Positions 8,371 through 16,048 of a DNA stretch of 32,000 nt are shown here, in pieces; position 1 is the stretch's first letter; each line of letters starts with the position of its first letter. A program made the position numbers and the translations under genes. The DNA is taken from positions 2,460,001 to 2,492,000 of the forward strand of contig NC_013202.1 in NCBI RefSeq assembly GCF_000023965.1. Reading direction: 5' to 3'. The notes under the pieces were generated by a model, which was not told where the DNA came from, made no database searches, and saw only the letters and a program-made list of their open reading frames with translations. This DNA is from Halomicrobium mukohataei DSM 12286 (GTDB lineage Archaea; Halobacteriota; Halobacteria; Halobacteriales; Haloarculaceae).

Positions 8371-9408
8371 ATGGACACCGCCGATCGCCTCGAACTGGCG
8401 ACGCGTCACACGCTCGAAGTCATCGAGGAAGAGGAACTCGAAGCGCTGTTCGACGAGGGGACTCCCTCGGCGTACATCGGCTACGCGCCCACGGGAGAGA
8501 TGCACATCGGACACTACACGACGATGCGCAAGCTGGCGGACTTCATCGAGGCGGGCATCGACGTGACGGTGCTGATCGCGGACCTGCACGCGCACCTCGA
8601 CGACGAGAAGAGCCCCTTCGACCTGCTCGACGCCCGCTCGGAGTACTACCAGGTCGCCATCGAAGGGATGATCGAGGCCGCCGGGGCGGACCCGGACGAG
8701 ATCTCGTTCGTCCGCGGGACCGACTTCCAGCTCGACGAGGAGTACACCCTGGAGATGTACCGTATGGCGGCCGAGACGACCCTCGCCAGGACCCAGCGGG
8801 CCGGCAGCAGAGTCGTCCGCGAGTCCGAGAGCCCGAACCTCGGCGGGCTGATCTACCCGCTGATGCAGACCCTCGACGTGAAAGCTCTCGACGCCGACAT
8901 CGCCTACGGCGGCGACGACCAGCGCGGGATCTACATGCTCTCTCGCGAGACGCTGCCCGACCACGGGCACGACGCGCCGGTCTGTATCTTCGCGCCGCTG
9001 CTGTCGGGGCTCACCGGCGAAGAGATGAGCGCCTCGAAAGAGGATACGAAGGTCAACCTCAACGACAGCCACGACGCCGTCGTCGAGAAGATCGAAGACG
9101 CGTACTGTCCGATGGGCGAGCGCGAGGACAACGGCGTACTGGAGTACCTCGAATACCTCGTCTTCCCGGTACTCGAAGAGCGCGGCGAATCCTTCGTCGT
9201 CGAGCGCCCCGACGAGTACGGCGGGAACCTCGTCTACGACGAGTTCGAGGAACTGGAAGCGGACTTCCTCAGCGAGGAGCTCCACCCGGCAGACCTCAAG
9301 CCCGCCGCCGGGGAGTACGTCTCGGACGTGATCGACCCCATTCGAGAGCGACTCGACGCACGCCCCGAGTTGCTCGCCGAGGCCTACCCCGAGAAGTACG
9401 ACCAGTAG
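8371..9408 (+). CDS. tyrS: Tyrosine--tRNA ligase (archaeal type)
   Basis: Collinear with the M. jannaschii TyrRS sequence as I recall it: AYIGYAPTGEMHIGHY (HIGH motif), LIADLHAHLD, YPLMQTLD, GGDDQRGIYMLSRE, a KMSKS-equivalent EEMSASK, and YCP.G. Confidence 0.9.
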   Translation: MDTADRLELATRHTLEVIEEEELEALFDEGTPSAYIGYAPTGEMHIGHYTTMRKLADFIEAGIDVTVLIADLHAHLDDEKSPFDLLDARSEYYQVAIEGMIEAAGADPDEISFVRGTDFQLDEEYTLEMYRMAAETTLARTQRAGSRVVRESESPNLGGLIYPLMQTLDVKALDADIAYGGDDQRGIYMLSRETLPDHGHDAPVCIFAPLLSGLTGEEMSASKEDTKVNLNDSHDAVVEKIEDAYCPMGEREDNGVLEYLEYLVFPVLEERGESFVVERPDEYGGNLVYDEFEELEADFLSEELHPADLKPAAGEYVSDVIDPIRERLDARPELLAEAYPEKYDQ

Positions 9409-9513
9409 CACCGTGACCAGCCGCCGGGGCCGGACCTCGGCGAGACGAATAATTCTCTCCGCGTACGTGACCGAGAGCGAAGCCACTATGCGCCAGCGCG
9501 CGCAGGGATCGAT

Positions 9514-10179
9514 ATGTTCGACGGCCCCTCGCGAGCGGACGTACGCGAGACCTACGAGACGATCGGGAGCCACTTCTCGAAGACCCGCGAGTACGCCTGG
9601 CCGGAGGTCGAGTCCTTCGTCGAGGATCGGTGTCGGGGCGGCGTCGCGCTCGACGTCGGCTGTGGCAACGGCCGGCACGCCGAACTGCTGGCAGACCGCG
9701 CCGACCGCGTGGTGGGACTCGATGCCAGCCGCGAACTACTGGCGGCAGCACGCGACCGCCTCGCAGCGTGTCCCGCGACGACGCTGCTCCAGAGCGACGC
9801 GGCGACGCTGCCACTGGCCGACGACTGTGCCGACCTCGCGGTCTACGTCGCCACGATCCACCACCTCCCGCGGAGGACAGACCGGCGCGACAGCCTCGAC
9901 GAACTCGCACGGGTCCTCGCGCCCGGCGGGCGCGCACTGGTCAGCGCCTGGTCGACGGCCCACGACCGCTTCGACGCGAGCGCCGACGCCGAGCGGGGCT
10001 TCGACACCACCGTCGACTGGACGTTGCCGGGCGGTCGAACGATTCCACGGTTCTACCACATCTACGCACCCGCCGAGTTCGAGCGCGACATCGCCGCCAG
10101 CGACCTCGCGCTGGAGTCACTGGAAATTTCGAGCGGGAACTGCTACGCCGTCGTGCGTCCCGAAGGGAAACGCCCTTAA
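9514..10179 (+). CDS. Class I SAM-dependent methyltransferase, Trm9-like
   Basis: HFSKTREYAWPEVESF, LDVGCGNGRH, ATIHHLPRRTDR and LVSAW parallel the yeast Trm9 motifs HFSQTRYKPWP, DVGCGNGKY, VVHHWSTRERR and LIYCW. Confidence 0.65.
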   Translation: MFDGPSRADVRETYETIGSHFSKTREYAWPEVESFVEDRCRGGVALDVGCGNGRHAELLADRADRVVGLDASRELLAAARDRLAACPATTLLQSDAATLPLADDCADLAVYVATIHHLPRRTDRRDSLDELARVLAPGGRALVSAWSTAHDRFDASADAERGFDTTVDWTLPGGRTIPRFYHIYAPAEFERDIAASDLALESLEISSGNCYAVVRPEGKRP

Positions 10180-10284
10180 AACAGCACGGGCTATTGACGG
10201 ACGAGTGGCGACGGGCCGCACCGTGGAGACGGTCCGTCGTCACGAGTCTCGCGGCGTCTCGGACGACGCCGCGAGTGCATCCGA

Positions 10285-10355
10285 GCGGCGGTGGTCTAGT
10301 GGTAGGACCTGAGCCTTCCAAGCTCATGGCCCGGGTTCAAATCCCGGTCGCCGCA
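10285..10355 (+). tRNA. tRNA-Gly (anticodon UCC)
   Basis: Cloverleaf folded by hand: acceptor GCGGCGG/TCGCCGC, D stem GTCT/GGAC, anticodon stem TGAGC/GCTCA with loop CTTCCAA, T arm CCGGG-TTCAAAT-CCCGG, discriminator A. It is 71 nt with no encoded CCA. Confidence 0.9.
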
Positions 10356-10451
10356 TAGCGAGGTTCGAGCGACTGCGGGAACCTCGGAACAGTGAACGGC
10401 GAGCGACGCGAGCCGTGAACGCATTTCTGCGAGGAACAGACGTGACGAGCG
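10332..10451 (+). repeat. Direct repeat copy A (tRNA-Gly T arm and 3' acceptor plus about 95 bp of downstream flank)
   Basis: cgggttcaaatcccggtcgcc...tagcgaggttcgagcgactgcgggaacctc.gaacagtgaacggcgagc.acgcgagccgtga.cg.atttctgcga...tgacgagcg recurs 174 bp downstream. Confidence 0.85.
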
Positions 10452-10505
10452 AAATCGGCAGCGGGATTTGAATCACGGAAATCCGAGCGAAGCGAGGATT
10501 TGCAT

Positions 10506-10619
10506 CGGGTTCAAATCCCGGTCGCCCCGTAGCGAGGTTCGAGCGACTGCGGGAACCTCAGAACAGTGAACGGCGAGCCACGCGAGCCGTGACCGAATTT
10601 CTGCGATACATGACGAGCG
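10506..10619 (+). repeat. Direct repeat copy B (pseudo-tRNA-Gly 3' end plus flank)
   Basis: Nearly identical to 10332-10451, with a few substitutions over the first ~95 nt (acceptor mutated to tcgcccc-g) and a short indel near the end. It ends at the stop codon of the 10623 minus-strand gene. Confidence 0.85.
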
Positions 10620-10622
10620 CGC

Positions 10623-10997
10623 TCACTCCTCGATCGGCACCCACACGTCCGAGACGACGGCGGCGTCGGGATTGTCCGGAATCGAGAGCCGGAGGCCGTC
10701 GTCGGTCTCGATCCCGATCACGTCTGGCGTGTTGAGGCCGTCGAGTTCGCGGTCGGGGTAGGTGAGCGGCTGTGCCCGCTCGGGGAACCGGTCCAGATCC
10801 AGGCCGTACGCGGCGCTCTCTCGACGCGCCCGTTGGTCGCTGGTACCGTTCGCCGACCGCTCGCGGGACAGCAGCGCACCCACGTGCCGTCGAAGGTGTT
10901 CGATGGCGGCCCGGACCCGGCCCGCCACCGACTCGCGTGCGTCGTTCGACGCGTCGGGGGACTCGGACGACAGATCCGGGGTAGTCACGCCGTTCAT
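10623..10997 (-). CDS. Acidic hypothetical protein
   Basis: The ORF has haloarchaeal composition. The ATG at 10997 (MNGVTTPDL) is preferred over the upstream start at 11030. No domain recognised. Confidence 0.45.
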   Translation of the reverse strand: MNGVTTPDLSSESPDASNDARESVAGRVRAAIEHLRRHVGALLSRERSANGTSDQRARRESAAYGLDLDRFPERAQPLTYPDRELDGLNTPDVIGIETDDGLRLSIPDNPDAAVVSDVWVPIEE

Positions 10998-11101
10998 GCG
11001 CGAGCGTTGGCGGTGCCCGCATAAATTCATACACCGGGTACGCTCGGTAAGCCCGACGTGACCGGGCGGTACGGTCCCAGAGGACCGTCGGCTGCGAGCA
11101 G

Positions 11102-11917
11102 CTACAGCTCGATGCGCTCTACCAGCTGGTCCTCGTCCTCGCGGATGTTGAGCGCGACGATACGGACGTACGGTTCGAGGCCGGAGCCCTGGAGCTTGGC
11201 CTTCAGGAGGTTGTCGACCTGGTAGACGCCCGCGGCGTTGGACATCTCGATCTCGACGAGGACCGGTTTGTCGTCGCCATCCTGGAGAAAGACGCGCTTA
11301 ATCGCCTGGCTCGATACCGTGTTGATGCCGCGTCCGCCGTGGTTGTACGGGATGCGCGAGCGCCCGCTCTCCATGTCCAGCGCGTCGGCGACTCTGACGA
11401 CGCCGGCCTCCAGCGTCAGCGGGTCCTCCTCGGTGTGGTGACAGAGGATCGCGTGCAGCACCTCGCCTTTCACCCGCACCGCCGCCTCCGTGTCGTAGTA
11501 CGCCGGCAGGAAGTCGTCGAGGAGGTCGGCCGCGAGCGGGATCGAGTAGTAGGGATGGTCGTCCCGGTGGACGACGTGGCCGATGTCGTGCAGGGTCGCG
11601 GCCAGCGCGACGATGACGGCTTCGTCGGCCTCCTCCAGGCCCTGTTCGCTGGCACCGTTGAACTCGATACCGCCGCGCTTGAGCAGGTCGTAGAGGCACA
11701 GCGCCCGGTTGCGGACGATCGAGATGTGTTTCGCGCCGTGGTCGTTGTAGCGCTTGCGGGTGACCGGGTTGACGTTCTGTGCCTCCAGGTACGCCTGGAT
11801 CTCGGTGTCAGACTCGATCGCGGCCAGCACGTCGTTCACCCGCTCGTCGGGAAACGCGTGGTCGGCGTCGGGGTCGTACCGCCGGCCGCGGGTATCGAGA
11901 GACTCGTCGTTGCTCAT
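11102..11917 (-). CDS. HD-domain metal-dependent phosphohydrolase
   Basis: HGAKH...LAATLHDIGHVVHRDDH is an H...HD...H pattern. The ATG at 11917 (MSNDESLD) is preferred over the Arg-rich extension to 12010. Confidence 0.7.
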   Translation of the reverse strand: MSNDESLDTRGRRYDPDADHAFPDERVNDVLAAIESDTEIQAYLEAQNVNPVTRKRYNDHGAKHISIVRNRALCLYDLLKRGGIEFNGASEQGLEEADEAVIVALAATLHDIGHVVHRDDHPYYSIPLAADLLDDFLPAYYDTEAAVRVKGEVLHAILCHHTEEDPLTLEAGVVRVADALDMESGRSRIPYNHGGRGINTVSSQAIKRVFLQDGDDKPVLVEIEMSNAAGVYQVDNLLKAKLQGSGLEPYVRIVALNIREDEDQLVERIEL

Positions 11918-12051
11918 ATCACTGCCGTTGACGAGGGAGCGAGAAAAAGTCTCGCTTACCCGGCCCGCGTCGTCGACACGACGGGGCGTCGCGCTACGGA
12001 CGGCCAGCACGACCGACAGTACGGCCGTTCAGGAACCGACAGCCGGCAGTA

Positions 12052-12282
12052 TCACTCCGTCTCGTCGGCCAGCCGTTCGGGCGCTCTCTTCTCTTTGATC
12101 TCGCCGACGACGTTGTCGACCGAGTCGCGCTGCTGGGCGATCGTCGCGCCGAGTAAGCCGCCGAGCGCGCCGCCGGTACTCGCAGCGTTCCTGCTGAAGA
12201 CGGCACCGACCGCCGCGCCGAGTGCCGCACCGGTTGCCGCGTACTTCGACCGTCGGAAGACTCGTTTGAGACGAGTTCGCAT
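12052..12282 (-). CDS. Small glycine-zipper-like membrane protein
   Basis: The 76-aa protein has an ATG start and the stretch AATGAALGAAVGAVFSRNAASTGGALGGLLGATIA, followed by an acidic tail. Confidence 0.45.
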   Translation of the reverse strand: MRTRLKRVFRRSKYAATGAALGAAVGAVFSRNAASTGGALGGLLGATIAQQRDSVDNVVGEIKEKRAPERLADETE

Positions 12283-12486
12283 ATTCGATACGTCGAGCGC
12301 TCGGGTTATAAGTGTACGTCACGATCGTCACCGAGTCGAGACCGCCCGACGGCGAGCGAGAGACGACGTGTGGACGGAATAGTTGACGCTCCCTTTTCAT
12401 TTCGCAACTGCTATATTAGCCCTATTGAACTGCTGACGGTCCAACACCTTCAGATATGGATACATATATGATAGGTTTCACAGGTG

Positions 12487-12493
12487 TTATATC
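12487..12493 (+). promoter_or_regulatory. TATA box for the NSS transporter gene
   Basis: ttatatc lies about 30 nt upstream of the ATG at 12521. It sits within the most AT-rich intergenic stretch of the window (12283-12520). Confidence 0.4.
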
Positions 12494-12520
12494 ACTCCAT
12501 CGTGAACCCGGTCAGTAAGT

Positions 12521-13852
12521 ATGGCCGAACGAGCAACGTGGACGACACGAATCGGATTTCTGGTAGCCGCGATCGGGAGCGCGGTCGGACTCGGAAACAT
12601 CTGGCAGTTCCCGTTCAAGACGGGGGCCAACGGGGGGTCGAGCTTCCTCGTCTTCTATCTGATCGCCGTCGTCGCGATCGGGTTCCCGGCGTTGCTGGGG
12701 GAGTTCGTCCTCGGCCGGCGGACGCGTCTGAACGCGATCGACGCCTTCGGTGAACTCGGACACCGGCAGTGGCGAATCGTCGGCGCACTCGGCGTCGCGA
12801 CGGGATTCTGGATTCTCTCGTACTACAACGTCGTCGGCGGCTGGGTCATGCGCTACATCGTCGGCAGCGCGACCGGTGCCTACTTCGACGCGCCGGCCGA
12901 GTACTTCGGCGCTGTCTCGGCGGGCCCGGAAGCGATCGCGGCCCAGGCGCTGTTCGTTCTGGTGGTCGTCGGCATCGTCGCACTGGGCGTCGAGGACGGT
13001 ATCGAGAAGGCGACGAAGGTGATGGTTCCGAGCATCGTCCTCCTCATGCTCGCGATGGCGGTCTGGGCGTTCACGCTGGAGGGCGGGGCCGCGGGCTACG
13101 AGTACTTCCTCTCGCCGGACCTCGACACGCTGCTGGCGAACGCCGGGACGGCGATTCCCTTCGCGGTCAGTCAGGCGTTCTTCACGCTGTCGCTCGGGAT
13201 GGCGATCATGGTCACCTTCTCCTCGTACGTCGGTAACGACGACAACCTCGCCGTCGACGGCGGGATCATCGTCGGGACCAACACGCTCATCGGCGTCCTC
13301 GCCGGGCTCGTCGTGTTCCCGGTCCTCTTCGCCAACGGGATCGATCCGGCGACCAGCGGTCCGTCCGCAATCTTCATCGCGATGGCGAGCGGCTTCGCGG
13401 AACTACCGGCAGGTCGACTCCTCGGTGTCGTCTTCTTCGGAGTGGTCCTGATCGCCGCGCTCTCGTCGGCGATCAGTCTCCTCGAAGTGTCGGTGTCCTG
13501 GGCGACCGACAACTACGATATCGGGCGCGTGCCGCTGGCAGCCGGACTCGGGGTCGGGCTGTTCGTCCTCGGGCTCCCGTCGGCCTGGGACACGGCGTGG
13601 CTCACGTGGTTCGACAACCTCGCGTACCAGCTCCTGCTGCCGGTGTCGGTGCTGTTCGCGATGCTGTTCGTCGGCTGGGTACTCGGCGACGAGGCGCTCA
13701 CGGAGATTCGACAGGGGATGTCCGGGATGGACTGGTTCGGGCCGGCGTGGCTCTGGACGGTCCGGATCGTCGTCGTCGCTGGCGTCGCCGTGACGCTCGT
13801 GCTCGGCCTGCGGACGCTGTTCGTCGAGGGCGCGATCGTCCCGCCGGTGTAG
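12521..13852 (+). CDS. Sodium-dependent transporter, neurotransmitter:sodium symporter (SNF/NSS) family
   Basis: The WTTRIGFLVAAIGSAVGLGNIWQFPF signature. The 443-aa protein is hydrophobic throughout, with multiple membrane-spanning stretches. Confidence 0.85.
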   Translation: MAERATWTTRIGFLVAAIGSAVGLGNIWQFPFKTGANGGSSFLVFYLIAVVAIGFPALLGEFVLGRRTRLNAIDAFGELGHRQWRIVGALGVATGFWILSYYNVVGGWVMRYIVGSATGAYFDAPAEYFGAVSAGPEAIAAQALFVLVVVGIVALGVEDGIEKATKVMVPSIVLLMLAMAVWAFTLEGGAAGYEYFLSPDLDTLLANAGTAIPFAVSQAFFTLSLGMAIMVTFSSYVGNDDNLAVDGGIIVGTNTLIGVLAGLVVFPVLFANGIDPATSGPSAIFIAMASGFAELPAGRLLGVVFFGVVLIAALSSAISLLEVSVSWATDNYDIGRVPLAAGLGVGLFVLGLPSAWDTAWLTWFDNLAYQLLLPVSVLFAMLFVGWVLGDEALTEIRQGMSGMDWFGPAWLWTVRIVVVAGVAVTLVLGLRTLFVEGAIVPPV

Positions 13853-13865
13853 GCCCGACGGCCGC

Positions 13866-14492
13866 TCAGCGCACCAGATAGGGATCGTCGTTCGGGAGAA
13901 ATCGACCGAGGTCGGCCTCGCGACGGTAGTCCGAGGCAAGCAGTGCTTCGAGCGCCCGAACGAGCCGTTTTTCGTCGTCTGTGTCCCACGTCGTGGGCTC
14001 TTTGATCGGGTAGACGAGCCACCCGGCCCCGGCGACCTCCGTCGCGTGTCGCTCGTCCATGTCGATGTCGTCGGTCCGCTCCGAGGTCGCGATCGAGAAG
14101 ACGTGGCGCGTGGCTCGTTCGCCGACGGGGAGCAAGACGTGGGCCGTGATCGCTCGCAGTTCGGAGTCGAACAGCGGCTCCAGGTCGTCGTAGGATCGAC
14201 TGTCGGGCGTTCCGTCGGCGACGCACATGTGGAGATACGAGAAGTAGGTCTTGTCGACGGTCGGGGGCGTCCCCGCTTCGAGCAGGAGGCCCGCGTCGAC
14301 GAGCGCGCGCTGGAGGCGATCGCCGGCCTCGCAGTCGGTGAAGGGAATCCCGGAGTCGACGCCCCCGTGGACGCCGGGGTGGTCACCGACGACGTGGAAG
14401 TGGGCGTTGGCGTCGCCGTACCCTGCGACGTACTGTTCACAGCCGGGATCGAAGCCGAAGGGGTTGGCCGGCCGGTCCGTAACGTTTCTCAC
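13866..14492 (-). CDS. Uracil-DNA glycosylase superfamily protein
   Basis: A GDHPG motif sits where family-4/5 UDGs have GE(A/G)PG, and the size (208 aa) fits. GTG start. Family-level call only. Confidence 0.5.
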   Translation of the reverse strand: MRNVTDRPANPFGFDPGCEQYVAGYGDANAHFHVVGDHPGVHGGVDSGIPFTDCEAGDRLQRALVDAGLLLEAGTPPTVDKTYFSYLHMCVADGTPDSRSYDDLEPLFDSELRAITAHVLLPVGERATRHVFSIATSERTDDIDMDERHATEVAGAGWLVYPIKEPTTWDTDDEKRLVRALEALLASDYRREADLGRFLPNDDPYLVR

Positions 14493-14585
14493 GGCCGACG
14501 GGAGGCGACAGACGGACTTTACTCCGACGGTTCACGCAGAGTGTCACGATCGATCGGGGCCCTGACAGCGGTTCGTACCGCCCAG

Positions 14586-15809
14586 TCACCGGCTCGCGAC
14601 GACGTCCGAGTCGGTCGGTCCCTGACCGTCGAACCGGGCGACGAACTCGTCCAGCGTCCCCGGATCGTCGGCACCGGGCAGCGGTTCCTCGGCGGTCGTA
14701 CAGTCCGTCGTGACTCCCAGCCGATCACAGAGCAGATCGGTCGTCGCCTCGGCCATCTGCCGGTAGGTCGTGAGTTTCCCACCGACGACGCTGACGGCGT
14801 TCTCGACGCCGTCCTCGGCGTGGTCGAGACGGAGGAAGCCACGTGAGATCCCGCGCCGCTCTGACTCTGCCTCGTCGGGCGCGTACAGGGGGCGAACGCC
14901 CCACCACGTCCGCTCGATCTCGGCGTCGGCGACCGGCGGCAACATCGTCGCACACTCCTCGATGCAGGTCTCGACCTCCCAGTCGGCCCGCTCGTAGTCG
15001 TCCGGGTCCGAAGCGGGCACGCTGGTCGTCCCCAGGACGGCCTGGCGCTCGTGAGGGACGACGATGTCGCCGTCGTCGGGGTCACGACATCGGTTCAGGA
15101 CGGAGCCGACCCGGTCGTAGTCGACGGCCACCATCACGCCCCGTGACGGAGCCATCTCCACGTCGAGGCCCGCCATAGCCGCGACCTCGCCGGCCCACGC
15201 ACCGGCGGCGTTGACGAGGTAGTCCGGTTCGATCGTCTCCGAGACGGTGCCCCCGAGGTGAGCCGACGTGACCCGTCCGTCCTCGACCGTCACGGACTCC
15301 AGCGGTGCGTTCGGGTGGATCGACGCGCCCTGGTCGGCCGCGTCCGCGGCGTTGGCCGCCACCAGCCGCGAGGGGTAGATCACGGCGTCGGGCACCCGGA
15401 ACGCACGTTCGACCGCCTCCGAGAGGTCGGGAACGAGGTCGCGGGCCTCCGTGGCGTCGAGCAGCTCGGTGTCGATGCCCAGCTCCTCGCAGGCCGCGCG
15501 CTTGCGCTCGAAGTAGTCGGGGTCGTCGGCCGGCAGCTGGACGAACAGGCCGCCAGTGTCGCGAATGCAGGCCCCGGCGATCGACCGGAGGATGCGATTC
15601 TCCTCGATACACTCCTCGGCACCCGTCGGGTCGGCCTCGGCGTAGCGCGCGCCGCTGTGGAGCAGCCCGTGTGACCGCCCGGAGGTGCCGCTCGCGAGGC
15701 CGCCGCGTTCGGCCAGCGTCACGTCGACGCCGCGCAACGCGAGGTCGCGGGCGATGCCGACGCCCGTCGCACCACCGCCGATCACGAGGACCGTCGTCGA
15801 TCGTGTCAT
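14586..15809 (-). CDS. FAD-dependent oxidoreductase, GlpA/GlpD-like (short form)
   Basis: VLVIGGGATGVGIARDLALRGVDVTLAE...TSGRSHGLLHSGARY matches the N-terminus of glycerol-3-phosphate dehydrogenase. At about 407 aa it lacks the C-terminal extension of canonical GlpA. Confidence 0.65.
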   Translation of the reverse strand: MTRSTTVLVIGGGATGVGIARDLALRGVDVTLAERGGLASGTSGRSHGLLHSGARYAEADPTGAEECIEENRILRSIAGACIRDTGGLFVQLPADDPDYFERKRAACEELGIDTELLDATEARDLVPDLSEAVERAFRVPDAVIYPSRLVAANAADAADQGASIHPNAPLESVTVEDGRVTSAHLGGTVSETIEPDYLVNAAGAWAGEVAAMAGLDVEMAPSRGVMVAVDYDRVGSVLNRCRDPDDGDIVVPHERQAVLGTTSVPASDPDDYERADWEVETCIEECATMLPPVADAEIERTWWGVRPLYAPDEAESERRGISRGFLRLDHAEDGVENAVSVVGGKLTTYRQMAEATTDLLCDRLGVTTDCTTAEEPLPGADDPGTLDEFVARFDGQGPTDSDVVASR

Positions 15810-16048
15810 CACTAGATGTTGGTCTCAATCCACATGACCCTGCCGCCGAGACGGTCTGGCGCTGACGTTCCGGCTGGTACCGGGTCGCCAGCAGGCAACG
15901 GTTTCGCGCCGCTCTGATAGCGGGACACTGACGGTCACACGTCTCCCGATCCGCGTCCCAGGACGGGATCGAGCCGCCTCCCGCAAAGGTTTTTCCGGCC
16001 GTCGCTGTCTATGCCAGTCATGCACAGCACAGCCGAGGGTGGTTCCGC

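Noticed and set aside
12283-12520. The AT-rich 240-bp intergenic region upstream of the NSS transporter, considered as a possible riboswitch or sRNA.
   Set aside because: It contains several TATA-like tracts but no convincing conserved stem architecture. It is most simply a promoter and regulatory region for the transporter gene, with the 3' end of the convergently oriented small membrane gene at 12052-12282 on its other side.
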